Below, in pieces: positions 1 to 8,524 of a DNA stretch of 21,617 nt. The notes under the pieces were generated by a model. That model did not search any database. It was not told the origin of the DNA and was given only the letters and a program-made list of their open reading frames with translations. Made by a program: the position numbers and the translations under genes. The stretch covers positions 1 through 21,617 of the forward strand of contig JBBSVW010000003.1 of the NCBI GenBank assembly GCA_038046605.1, read 5' to 3'. Source of the stretch: Candidatus Micrarchaeota archaeon. GTDB taxonomy: Archaea; Micrarchaeota; Micrarchaeia; Norongarragalinales; SBBD01. Numbering within the stretch: position 1 is the first letter of the stretch; the number at the start of each line of letters is the position of its first letter.

Positions 1-2
1 TC

Positions 3-245
3 CAAACGCGGGGTTTCCCGGAAAATGAATCCAAAAAAATGGTGGTGGAAGGCTTCATGGCGCCAGTTATCCGCCAGATGCGCCAACGGGATGTTGAAAT
101 CACGCTAAAAGCACTCTTTGAACTGAAATGGGAAGGTTTGGGCGCCTCATCCCTGGAAGCAAAGAAAAAGGAAATCGAATCCCAGATGCCTGCGGAGGAT
201 GGCAAATCCAAAGACATATTTGAAGGCCATTACAAATATCGTTGA
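3..245 (+). CDS. sufD: SufBD-family Fe-S assembly protein (SufD-like), 3' end only (gene starts before the window)
   Basis: The frame is open from base 3: QTRGFPENESKKMVVEGFMAPVI matches the SufB/SufD C-terminal 'xRG...EA..LIV.GF' pattern. It lies upstream of sufS/sufU and lacks the typical SufB 'EGSVG' ending. Confidence 0.7.
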   Translation, partial: QTRGFPENESKKMVVEGFMAPVIRQMRQRDVEITLKALFELKWEGLGASSLEAKKKEIESQMPAEDGKSKDIFEGHYKYR

Positions 246-248
246 AAA

Positions 249-374
249 TCAGAGTTTTGAGCCGATAATTTTTTCGAATTCCTCCTTGGAATATAATTTT
301 TGCTTACCTGATTTTATTTCACTCAAAATTCTTTTTGCCTCCCGTAAATCCTCAAACTCTTCTCTATCTCCCAT
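249..374 (-). CDS. Small 41-aa protein, antitoxin-like (not in ORF track)
   Basis: Manual translation MGDREEFEDLREAKRILSEIKSGKQKLYSKEEFEKIIGSKL*, with a GTGA SD-like motif upstream of the ATG. It sits in the sufD-sufS gap. Confidence 0.55.
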   Translation of the reverse strand: MGDREEFEDLREAKRILSEIKSGKQKLYSKEEFEKIIGSKL

Positions 375-481
375 GAAGCATCACAATAGTATAAAACCAA
401 ACCCATAATAAAGGGGAATTGGGCGAAACCTAATGCTTTAGTTAAGGGCAAAATTTCCTCATCATGAGAAGGGTGATTATC

Positions 482-1705
482 ATGTTTGATCCAATGAAGA
501 TTAAATCCGACTTTCCAACACTTAGCCGCAAAGTCAATGGCAAGCCGCTTGTGTACCTGGATTCCACGGCAACTGCCCAACGCCCCTTGCAGGTAATTTC
601 CGCGATGGATGATTACTACAACAATTACAATGCGAGCGTGCACCGCGGCATCTATTCTATTTCCGAGGAAGCAACAGATAAGTACGAAAAAGCGCGCGAA
701 AGGATCGCCAAATTCATCAATGCAAAACCCCAGGAAATCATTTTTACAAAGAATGCAACTGAATCCCTGAATTTGGTTTCTTACGCTTATGGTGATGCAA
801 ACGTCTCCTCAACTGATACCATTCTTTCCACCCAAATGGAGCACCACTCCAACATGATACCTTGGCAGCAGCTCTCGAAACGGAAGGGTGCAAAACTCAA
901 TTATGTGATGGTTGACCAGGAGGGCTTCCTCAAAATGAATGAATATGATGCCCTCTTGCAAAAAAAGCCCAAAATCGCCGCTTTCACACACGCATCTAAT
1001 GTTCTTGGCACAATAAACCCGGTTAAGGAAATGGTGAAAAAGGCGCATGATGCCGGCGCTGCAGCCGTAGTTGATGGCGCTCAATCCGCTCCTCATTTGA
1101 AAGTCGATGTCAAGGATATGGGCTGTGATTTTTTTGCATTCTCAGGGCACAAGATGCTTGGGCCAACTGGCATTGGAGTGCTCTATGGAAAGGAAGAAAT
1201 TTTGAACAAGATGGGGCCTTTCCTCACTGGTGGCTCGATGATTAAGGAGGTAACTTTGGAAAACTCCAAATGGGCAGACATACCGGCAAAATTTGAGGCC
1301 GGAACTCCCGCGATTGCAGAAGCAATTGGTTTGGGCGCCGCCGTAGACTATCTTAACAAGCTAGGAATGCAAGATGTACGTGCTCATGAAATCGAGCTTA
1401 CCAATTACGCCCTAACCCGACTAACCGAATTCAAGGGCATCCGTATTTTTGGCCCCAAGGATGCCACCAAAAAAGAAGGCGTTCTCGCATTTTCCCTTGA
1501 GGGCGTGCACCCGCATGATGCCGCATCCCTGCTTGATGAGCAAGGTGTTGCCGTCCGTGCCGGCCACCATTGCGCCCATCCACTCATGATGTACTACAAT
1601 GTTCCGGCGACTTTGCGTGCAAGTGTCTATGTATACAACGATAAATCCGACATTGATAAACTTGTGGAAGCGCTGAAAGTGGTGGAGCAGGTGCTGAAGA
1701 AATAG
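482..1705 (+). CDS. sufS: Cysteine desulfurase, SufS (group II) family
   Basis: VYLDSTATAQ, VHRG, MEHHSN, PLP-lysine motif FSGHKMLGPTG and catalytic RAGHHCA. GGGTGA SD before ATG 482. Confidence 0.96.
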   Translation: MFDPMKIKSDFPTLSRKVNGKPLVYLDSTATAQRPLQVISAMDDYYNNYNASVHRGIYSISEEATDKYEKARERIAKFINAKPQEIIFTKNATESLNLVSYAYGDANVSSTDTILSTQMEHHSNMIPWQQLSKRKGAKLNYVMVDQEGFLKMNEYDALLQKKPKIAAFTHASNVLGTINPVKEMVKKAHDAGAAAVVDGAQSAPHLKVDVKDMGCDFFAFSGHKMLGPTGIGVLYGKEEILNKMGPFLTGGSMIKEVTLENSKWADIPAKFEAGTPAIAEAIGLGAAVDYLNKLGMQDVRAHEIELTNYALTRLTEFKGIRIFGPKDATKKEGVLAFSLEGVHPHDAASLLDEQGVAVRAGHHCAHPLMMYYNVPATLRASVYVYNDKSDIDKLVEALKVVEQVLKK

Positions 1706-1713
1706 GCGATTGA

Positions 1714-2097
1714 ATGGGAATAATAGAGATTAAAAATCCGGCCGAGTTCAAAAAGCTTATTGGGGGAAAGGAGCCCGTAATAGTTAAATTCTCCGCTGAT
1801 TGGTGCGGGGATTGCAGGACGCTTCGGCCTCATTTCGAAGGATCCGTTCCGGAATTGGAATCGGCAGGCATGGTGGTCGCAAGATTCAGTCTATCTGCAG
1901 AAAGGCGCGAAATTGACGGCAGGAAAAAAGCCATTTTTCCAACTCCCGAACACGAGCAAATCCGGGCTCAATATGCGCCTGCTGGCTTTCCTACAGTTGC
2001 GCTCATAAGAGAAGGCCGGGTTATCGCATCGAGTGTGGAAGATACAAAAAGAAGCTTTAGGCATTTCGTGCAATTGGCTCTGCAAAAGGCAAAGTGA
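1714..2097 (+). CDS. Thioredoxin-fold protein
   Basis: VKFSADWCGDC active-site motif and GFPT cis-Pro loop. Located between sufS and sufU. Confidence 0.8.
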   Translation: MGIIEIKNPAEFKKLIGGKEPVIVKFSADWCGDCRTLRPHFEGSVPELESAGMVVARFSLSAERREIDGRKKAIFPTPEHEQIRAQYAPAGFPTVALIREGRVIASSVEDTKRSFRHFVQLALQKAK

Positions 2098-2102
2098 ATA
2101 AA

Positions 2103-2477
2103 ATGGACATCTACCGCGAGAACGTGCTGGACCATTACAGGAACCCGCGCAATTTTGGCAAGATGGATAATCCGGATGCCAAATTCCACGATTCCAATCC
2201 CCTTTGCGGAGATGAAATCGAAATTCAATTGAAAATCTCCGGCGGAAAAGTTACGGAAGTCAAATTCCAAGGGCAGGGTTGCGCCATTTCGCAGGCTTCT
2301 GCTTCCATTCTCACAGAAAAACTAATCGGGATGAGTTTGGAGGATGCAATGAAGCTCGAAAAGGAGCAAATCACTGAATGGCTCGGAACCGATTTGACTC
2401 CCAGCCGGCTCAAATGCGCTCTCCTCTCACTTATGGTTGCAAAAGCGGCAATTGATGAGTTTGAAAAGAAAGACTGA
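2103..2477 (+). CDS. sufU: Fe-S scaffold / sulfur-transfer protein, SufU/IscU (NifU_N) family
   Basis: YRENVLDHYRNPRNFG, NPLCGD, GCAISQASAS and RLKCALL (three conserved Cys). ATG 2103 follows GTGA; alternative GTG start at 2094. Confidence 0.93.
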   Translation: MDIYRENVLDHYRNPRNFGKMDNPDAKFHDSNPLCGDEIEIQLKISGGKVTEVKFQGQGCAISQASASILTEKLIGMSLEDAMKLEKEQITEWLGTDLTPSRLKCALLSLMVAKAAIDEFEKKD

Positions 2478-2481
2478 TCTT

Positions 2482-3396
2482 ATGCCCAATTTTTTCGGAA
2501 AATCAATCCCTCGCTACTCAACCATACTGATGGATCCGAAAGTTGCTGCTTTTGCCAGGGAAAAACTTTCCTTGATTTACCGATCTCTTGGAGCAAGGGG
2601 GAAAAAGAAAATCGGGAAATTAACGGAGGAGACCATCCGGCTTGCAATGGCCCATAGTGAGCCAGTTTATGAGCGGCATGCAAGGTCAATGCTCGAATCT
2701 GCAAAGTTGGTCGATAGGATTGATGATAGCCTGAAGGGCCGCTCCAGGGAGATTTTCTCCCAGGTCAATCAGCACCTTCCTGATGGGAAAGTCCTTGACA
2801 ATGGCTGCGGCGATGGCAATGTGGGCGCCCTTCTCCAAAGGTGGGATCCCCACAGCCGATCGGTTTATCTTACGGATGTTTACAGGCACGAAAATATTTC
2901 GGGTCTTGAGAATGCCGGCCTTAGGTTCAGCCATATCCGGCAAGGGGGCATACTGCCTTTCGATAAGGGATATTTTGATGGAATGCTCCTTGCAGCTGTG
3001 CTCCACCATTCCGACAATCCTTCCAAAGTATTAATGGAGGCATCAAGGGTTCTGAAAAAAGGCGGCAGGCTCGTTGTTATCGAATCAGTCCATGGCATCC
3101 AACCGGGGCATCTCAAGTCCAAGCGGGAACAAAAGCTTGCAGCAAGTTATACTGCCCTCTCCAAGGAGCAGCAACGGCGGGCTAGTATATTCTTTGACCA
3201 CCTATATAACCGGATTTTCCATTATTCGGAGGACCCGGCTGGCAAGGTTAATCTTCCCCATAATCTATCCACCCCAAAGGATTGGAGCAAATTCTTCGAA
3301 AAGCACGGCTTTAGGGAAATAAAAGTTGAGCACAACGGCTTTGACCATCTGCCGGCAATTGAATACCATACGCTCCATGTGCTTGAGAAAGGTTAA
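2482..3396 (+). CDS. Class I SAM-dependent methyltransferase, substrate unknown
   Basis: Motif I VLDNGCGDG, LPFDKGYFD, VLHH and RVLKKGGRLVV. ATG 2482 is 4 nt after the sufU stop. Confidence 0.85.
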   Translation: MPNFFGKSIPRYSTILMDPKVAAFAREKLSLIYRSLGARGKKKIGKLTEETIRLAMAHSEPVYERHARSMLESAKLVDRIDDSLKGRSREIFSQVNQHLPDGKVLDNGCGDGNVGALLQRWDPHSRSVYLTDVYRHENISGLENAGLRFSHIRQGGILPFDKGYFDGMLLAAVLHHSDNPSKVLMEASRVLKKGGRLVVIESVHGIQPGHLKSKREQKLAASYTALSKEQQRRASIFFDHLYNRIFHYSEDPAGKVNLPHNLSTPKDWSKFFEKHGFREIKVEHNGFDHLPAIEYHTLHVLEKG

Positions 3397-3440
3397 TACG
3401 TGTGAAAACTAGCTGGTAAATTCAATCTAAAATCAGTATA

Positions 3441-3478
3441 AATAAAAAAATAAAGAAAAAAGGCGAGATCACGCCTTT
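3441..3478 (-). terminator. Hairpin plus T-rich tract downstream of the 48-aa ORF
   Basis: AAAGGCG (3459-3465) / CGCCTTT (3472-3478) inverted repeat, followed on the minus strand by a long T-rich run. Confidence 0.5.
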
Positions 3479-3615
3479 CCAATGATCTTGTACATCTTGC
3501 AGCCGCACTTGACACAAACTCCTTTAGCAGCCTTCATGCCATTCTTCATGACTACTTCCTTGACATCCTTCATTTCACGTTCTGCTTTTTCCCTCATGCA
3601 TCTTCCCTTAACCAT
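3469..3615 (-). CDS. Small basic Cys-containing protein, DUF5679-like zinc ribbon (not in ORF track)
   Basis: Manual translation MVKGRCMREKAEREMKDVKEVVMKNGMKAAKGVCVKCGCKMYKIIGKA* (48 aa). Strong SD GAGGTGA. The 'REMKD..EV.MKNG..A.KG.C..CG.KM' pattern is recalled from DUF5679. Confidence 0.85.
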   Translation of the reverse strand: MVKGRCMREKAEREMKDVKEVVMKNGMKAAKGVCVKCGCKMYKIIGKA

Positions 3616-3665
3616 ATAACTCTCACCTCACTCGTAAACAGTTTGAAATACTACATGCAAAGGCG

Positions 3666-3673
3666 TTTATAAA
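3666..3673 (-). promoter_or_regulatory. Putative TATA box for the 48-aa gene
   Basis: TTTATAAA about 50 nt upstream of ATG 3615. Confidence 0.5.
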
Positions 3674-3850
3674 GCAGTAGCCAAACATAGGTGGTTTGAT
3701 TATTGCTTATTTTTTTGCATTTTTTGGTGCGCTAGCAAGGTCAAAAAGGGATTTTGAGGGCATAGTTTGAATTATAATTCCTTACGTTGATCGCCGATGG
3801 CAAGTTCGTTAATAGCCTTTTTAAATCTTGTTTGATTTAATGAAGGAGCT

Positions 3851-4873
3851 ATGTTGGAAGCACAACCCAAGCCAATTTGGCTTAAAATCAGGCCGCCCAC
3901 CACACAAAAATTTGAGAGCATAAAGGGCACTTTAGCCGGGCTCAAATTGCACACTGTATGCGAAGAAGCGCATTGCCCCAATATTTCCGAATGCTGGAGC
4001 GGAGGGACTGCTACTTTCATGGTGCTTGGCGATGTTTGCACCAGAGGATGCCGTTTTTGCAATGTCCGCAAAGGAAGGGTTGGCGCTCCACTAGACCCGC
4101 TTGAACCCCAAAAACTTGCCCAGGCAGTCAAGGAATGGGGCCTTTCATACGTTGTTGTGACTTCAGTTGACCGTGACGATCTCCCAGATCAGGGCGCAGC
4201 TCATTTTGCGGAATGTATTGCTGAATTGCGTAAAGTTCCTGTGTTAACTGAAGTCCTAATTGGCGATTTCCGCGGAAACAAGGATCTCGTTAAAGTTATT
4301 GCCGATGCCAAGCCAAGCGTGATTGCCCACAATGTCGAAACAGTTGAGCGGCTGCAAAAATATGCCCGCGACTTTAGGGCAAATTACCACCAATCCATTG
4401 AGCTCTTAAGGGAGGTCAAGCGCATTGATCCATCCATTTTCACTAAAACCTCCATAATGCTGGGTTTGGGGGAAAAAGATGGGGAAGTGCTCAAAACACT
4501 TGATGATTTGCGCGATGCCAGCATTGATGTTGTCACATTCGGCCAATATTTGCGCCCCTCCATTTTGCACCTTCCGGTTTCTGAATATGTTACGCCCGAA
4601 AAATTCGAATGGTTCAATGAGCGTGCAAGGGAGCGCGGCTTCCTGTATGTTGCCGGCGGGCCATTTGTGCGCTCCTCCTACAAAGCCGGCGAACTTTTCA
4701 TAAAAGGTGTGATTGACAAGGGTGTGGCAAGGCCAACTCCTTTGATTGAAAATACGCTTATTGTGGGGGGTAATTTGCACCAAGCTCCAATTGATGGCAA
4801 TTCCAAGCAGCCCTTAATTGGCGCCACAATTCCTGCTCCAAACAATCCAATCAATAGCGCTTCAACAATTTAG
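3851..4873 (+). CDS. lipA: Lipoyl synthase (radical SAM) with a ~50-aa C-terminal extension
   Basis: CEEAHCPNISEC (CX4CX5C), CTRGCRFC, TSVDRDDL, HNVETV, GQYLRP and VRSSY. GAAGGAG SD. Confidence 0.97.
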   Translation: MLEAQPKPIWLKIRPPTTQKFESIKGTLAGLKLHTVCEEAHCPNISECWSGGTATFMVLGDVCTRGCRFCNVRKGRVGAPLDPLEPQKLAQAVKEWGLSYVVVTSVDRDDLPDQGAAHFAECIAELRKVPVLTEVLIGDFRGNKDLVKVIADAKPSVIAHNVETVERLQKYARDFRANYHQSIELLREVKRIDPSIFTKTSIMLGLGEKDGEVLKTLDDLRDASIDVVTFGQYLRPSILHLPVSEYVTPEKFEWFNERARERGFLYVAGGPFVRSSYKAGELFIKGVIDKGVARPTPLIENTLIVGGNLHQAPIDGNSKQPLIGATIPAPNNPINSASTI

Positions 4874-4885
4874 GTGACCAAAATT

Positions 4886-5974
4886 ATGCCAATAAAAACC
4901 GTTGCGGAATTCAAAGTCATGCACATGCAGATTCTGGATGAAACCGGAAAAGCGGATGCTTCCCTGGAGCCGAAATTAACTCCAGATCAACTCAAGGAGA
5001 TGTACCGCCTCATGGTCCTTGCGCGCGCATACGACCGCAAATGCATGAAACTCCAACGCCAAGGAAGAATGTATACTTACATACCGGTTGAAGGCCAGGA
5101 AGCGTGCCAGATTGGAAGCATCGCAGCGCTCCAAAAGGAGGATTGGATGGTCCCGGCATTCCGTGAAACCGCCGCCTACATTGCAAAGGGCATCCCCCTC
5201 AAAACACTTTGCCTTTACTGGATGGGAAATGAGCGCGGAAATTCCGCTCCAAAGGATGTCAATGCATTCCCTGTTTCCATTCCCGTCGGCTCCCAAATGC
5301 TCCATGCGGTTGGCATCGGCTGGGCCGCCAAATTGAAAGGCCACAAAACCCTTGCAATCACCTATTTTGGGGATGGCGCAACCTCGGAGGGCGATTTCTA
5401 TGAAGCGATCAATTTTGCGGGCGTTTTCAAAACCAACACGATTTTCCTTTGCCAAAATAACGGCTGGGCAATTTCCGTTCCAAGGAGCAAGCAGACTGTT
5501 GCGCAAACCCTAGCGCAAAAGGGCATTGCCGCTGGAATCACATTCCTTCAGGTTGATGGGATGGATGTGCTTGCCGTTTACAAGGCAACTTTGGATGCTG
5601 CGGATCGCGCCCGGCGCGGTGAAGGCCCAACCCTCATTGAATGCCTAACGTACCGTTTAGGCCCCCACAGCACCTCGGATGATCCAAGCAAATACCGCAA
5701 GGCTGAGGAGACGGCGGAGTGGCAAAAGAAGGATCCAGTCGAACGGTTCAAGCTCTACTTGAGGGGAAAAGGCATCTGGACGGAGGAATGGGAAGCAAAG
5801 CTGCAGGCAGATTCGGATGCAGCAATCGATGCCGCAGTAAAGGATGCGGAAGCCGACAACACGCCAAATCTTGAGGATATGTTCAAGTACGTTTACGCGC
5901 AAATGCCCGATTCGCTAAAAGAGCAGATGGAGGAATTGAAGCAAACAGTTGAGGAGAAGAAAAATTCGGAATAA
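4886..5974 (+). CDS. pdhA: 2-oxoacid (pyruvate-type) dehydrogenase E1 alpha subunit
   Basis: LQRQGR, GQEA, TPP motif GDGATSEGDFYEAINFA...QNN and YRLGPHSTSDDP. AGGTGA SD before ATG 4886. Substrate (pyruvate versus branched-chain) is not resolved. Confidence 0.9.
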   Translation: MPIKTVAEFKVMHMQILDETGKADASLEPKLTPDQLKEMYRLMVLARAYDRKCMKLQRQGRMYTYIPVEGQEACQIGSIAALQKEDWMVPAFRETAAYIAKGIPLKTLCLYWMGNERGNSAPKDVNAFPVSIPVGSQMLHAVGIGWAAKLKGHKTLAITYFGDGATSEGDFYEAINFAGVFKTNTIFLCQNNGWAISVPRSKQTVAQTLAQKGIAAGITFLQVDGMDVLAVYKATLDAADRARRGEGPTLIECLTYRLGPHSTSDDPSKYRKAEETAEWQKKDPVERFKLYLRGKGIWTEEWEAKLQADSDAAIDAAVKDAEADNTPNLEDMFKYVYAQMPDSLKEQMEELKQTVEEKKNSE

Positions 5975-5993
5975 TATTTTTATGGTGATGAAT

Positions 5994-6977
5994 ATGGCAG
6001 CAACAGAAAAAATGACCGTAATCCAGGCAATCAACTCCGCCCTAGCGCAGGAAATGGAACGGAGCAAGGATGTAATCGTGATGGGCGAGGATGTGGGTGT
6101 TGATGGCGGAGTGTTCCGTGCAACCGAAGGCCTCTACGCCAAATTCGGCGCAGGCCGCGTTATCGATACCCCCCTTGCTGAATCCGCAATCGCCGGAACC
6201 GCAATAGGGATGGCCGCTTACGGATTGCGCCCCGTAATTGAGATGCAGTTCGATGGCTTTACTTATTTTGCGCTGCACCAGCTGATTTTGCATGCCGCAA
6301 AGATGCGAAACCGTAGCAGGGGACGGCTAACAACGCCTGTTGTTGTTCGCGCACCATTTGGAGGGGGCATCCGCGCCCTTGAGCTCCACTGCGAACCAAT
6401 TGAAATCTCATTCGTAAATACCGCCGGAATCAAGGTTGTTTGCCCTTCCAATCCATACGATGCAAAAGGCCTTCTTGCAGCGGCAATCCGCGATCCCGAT
6501 CCCACGCTTTTCCTAGAGCCCAAACGCATCTACCGTGCCTTCAAGGAGGAAGTGCCGCTTGAACCCTATGTTGTTGAAATGGAAAAAGCCAAAATCCAGC
6601 GGGAAGGGTCCGATGTCACAATAATTTCATACGGTGCCATGGTCCGAACCTGCCTTCAAGCCGCCGAAACCCTAAGCAAGGAAGTCAGCTGCGAAGTTGT
6701 TGACCTGCGCACGCTTTCCCCAATTGATGAAAAAACAATTCTTGATTCCGCGAGGAAAACCGGTAGGGTGGTTATTGCCCACGAAGCACCAAAAACCGGA
6801 GGCCTTGCCGGAGAGATCGCGGCAATCATTGCCGAAAAGGCGATGATGAACCTCCAAGCGCCAATCCAAAGGGTTACTGCGCCGGATACGCCAGTACCGC
6901 TTGCAAAGCTCGAGGAGTTCTACCTCCCGGATGAATTCAGGATTGTGAAGGCGGCAAGGAAGGCGATGACATTCTAG
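5994..6977 (+). CDS. pdhB: 2-oxoacid dehydrogenase E1 beta subunit
   Basis: MGEDVGVDGGVFRAT, DTPLAES, DPDPTLFLEPK and VVDLRTLSP. GGTGA SD before ATG 5994. Confidence 0.92.
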   Translation: MAATEKMTVIQAINSALAQEMERSKDVIVMGEDVGVDGGVFRATEGLYAKFGAGRVIDTPLAESAIAGTAIGMAAYGLRPVIEMQFDGFTYFALHQLILHAAKMRNRSRGRLTTPVVVRAPFGGGIRALELHCEPIEISFVNTAGIKVVCPSNPYDAKGLLAAAIRDPDPTLFLEPKRIYRAFKEEVPLEPYVVEMEKAKIQREGSDVTIISYGAMVRTCLQAAETLSKEVSCEVVDLRTLSPIDEKTILDSARKTGRVVIAHEAPKTGGLAGEIAAIIAEKAMMNLQAPIQRVTAPDTPVPLAKLEEFYLPDEFRIVKAARKAMTF

Positions 6978-7083
6978 GCATTGTTCTCAAAGCGTGAATG
7001 CATTATTCACACTCTGCGGATGGGTTTATCCCCCAACCGCTCATCTTTTAACAATAATTAGATTATCTTTCTGTGATGGAATT

Positions 7084-8415
7084 ATGGCAATCAATTTCAA
7101 GTTTCCGGACGTTGGCGAAGGCATCCATGAGGGCAAGCTGGTGAAATGGCTCGTGAAGGAAGGTGATGCGATCAAGGAGGATGCGGTGTTTGCGGAAGTT
7201 GAAACGGATAAGGCGGTGGTAGAAATCCCTTCCCCAAAAACCGGATTCATTCTTAAAACTTATTTCAAGGAGGGCGATGTGATCAATGTCGGCCAGACGC
7301 TTGTTACGATTGGGGAGAAAGGGGAGCCAATCCCAGTTGAGGAGGTCAAAGCAACGCCCCAAAAACCAGCGGCAATTCAAAGCACTTCACCAAATCAATC
7401 TGCAGCCAGTTCGGCCCAATCCGCAACTCAAATGGGCGCCCAATCAGCGGCCCAAGTTGCGCCCGCCGGCAACATTATTGCAACTCCCTTTGTCCGTATG
7501 AAGGCAAAGGAGCTAAATGTTGATTTATCGCAAGTGAAAGGAAGCGGGCCTGCAGGCAGGATAATGCCAGAAGATGTTGAGAAATTCTCAAAAGAGGGAA
7601 AAGGCGCAGGTGGTGGCGCAGGGTCTGGCTCAGCTGCAAGTGGAAAAATCACAGCATCATCCGTACCAATTCAGTTAGCACAGTATGCAGTCCCACCATT
7701 GCAAACCGACTTCTCCCAATTCGGGGCAATCGAGAAGGTCAAAATTTCCGGCATCCGAAAGCGCACATCCGAGGTGATGAGCCGCTCGAAGAGGACTGCT
7801 GCCCATGTCACCCATTTTGATGAGGCCGACATTACCGATCTGGCGCAGTTAAGAGAGAATTTGAAAAAGGCGGGCGAACAAAAAGGTGTGAAAGTGACAT
7901 TCCTTCCATTCATTGTTAAGGCGGTTGTTTCCGCCCTAAAAGAGCACCCGGCATTCAACAGCTCCTTTGATGAAGCAAATGATGAAATCATCCTCAAGAA
8001 ATACTACAACATCGGAATTGCCGTCGACACTCCCGATGGGCTTGTTGTTCCTTCGATCCATGCCGCTGACAAAAAAGACATTTTCCAGCTCTCAGCCGAA
8101 ATCATGCGCATCGCAACAGATGCAAAGGAAAGAAAGATGAGGCTGGATGATTTAAAGGGCGGCTCGTTCACAATAACAAACATCGGAAGCATCGGCGGCG
8201 AGTATTTCACGCCCATAATTTACTATCCCGAAGTCGCAATTTTGGGGATTGGCAAAATCCGTGACAAACCGGTTGCAAAGAATGGCAAGGTCATAATTCG
8301 AAAAATGCTTGCGCTCTCCCTTTCCTTTGACCACCGGATAATTGATGGCGCGCAGGCCGCAAGGTTTGTCAATGACATCATTTCGCTCCTGGAAACCCCC
8401 TCAAGCCTCCAATAG
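7084..8415 (+). CDS. pdhC: Dihydrolipoamide acyltransferase E2 with one lipoyl domain
   Basis: FKFPDVGEGIHEG, lipoyl site VETDKA, subunit-binding domain ATPFVR...GSGPAGRI and catalytic FDHRIIDG. Confidence 0.95.
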   Translation: MAINFKFPDVGEGIHEGKLVKWLVKEGDAIKEDAVFAEVETDKAVVEIPSPKTGFILKTYFKEGDVINVGQTLVTIGEKGEPIPVEEVKATPQKPAAIQSTSPNQSAASSAQSATQMGAQSAAQVAPAGNIIATPFVRMKAKELNVDLSQVKGSGPAGRIMPEDVEKFSKEGKGAGGGAGSGSAASGKITASSVPIQLAQYAVPPLQTDFSQFGAIEKVKISGIRKRTSEVMSRSKRTAAHVTHFDEADITDLAQLRENLKKAGEQKGVKVTFLPFIVKAVVSALKEHPAFNSSFDEANDEIILKKYYNIGIAVDTPDGLVVPSIHAADKKDIFQLSAEIMRIATDAKERKMRLDDLKGGSFTITNIGSIGGEYFTPIIYYPEVAILGIGKIRDKPVAKNGKVIIRKMLALSLSFDHRIIDGAQAARFVNDIISLLETPSSLQ

Positions 8416-8524
8416 GGAAAATATAATTGAATTGTAAGGCTGGAATATCGGGCAAGCGCTTGTTCATTCCGGCAATCCTGACCCTCTATATAAAAAAATA
8501 TTCATAAATTAGGTGAAAAAACTT

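Noticed and set aside
6994-7083. 30-aa N-terminal extension of E2 in the ORF track (likewise extended starts of sufS, pdhA, pdhB, lpdA, nadK and the methyltransferase)
   Set aside because: Family homology begins at downstream ATGs. Several upstream GTG 'starts' are simply the GGTGA SD motif.
7350-7660. Low-complexity A/Q/S/G stretches in E2
   Set aside because: Expected flexible linkers of dihydrolipoamide acyltransferases.
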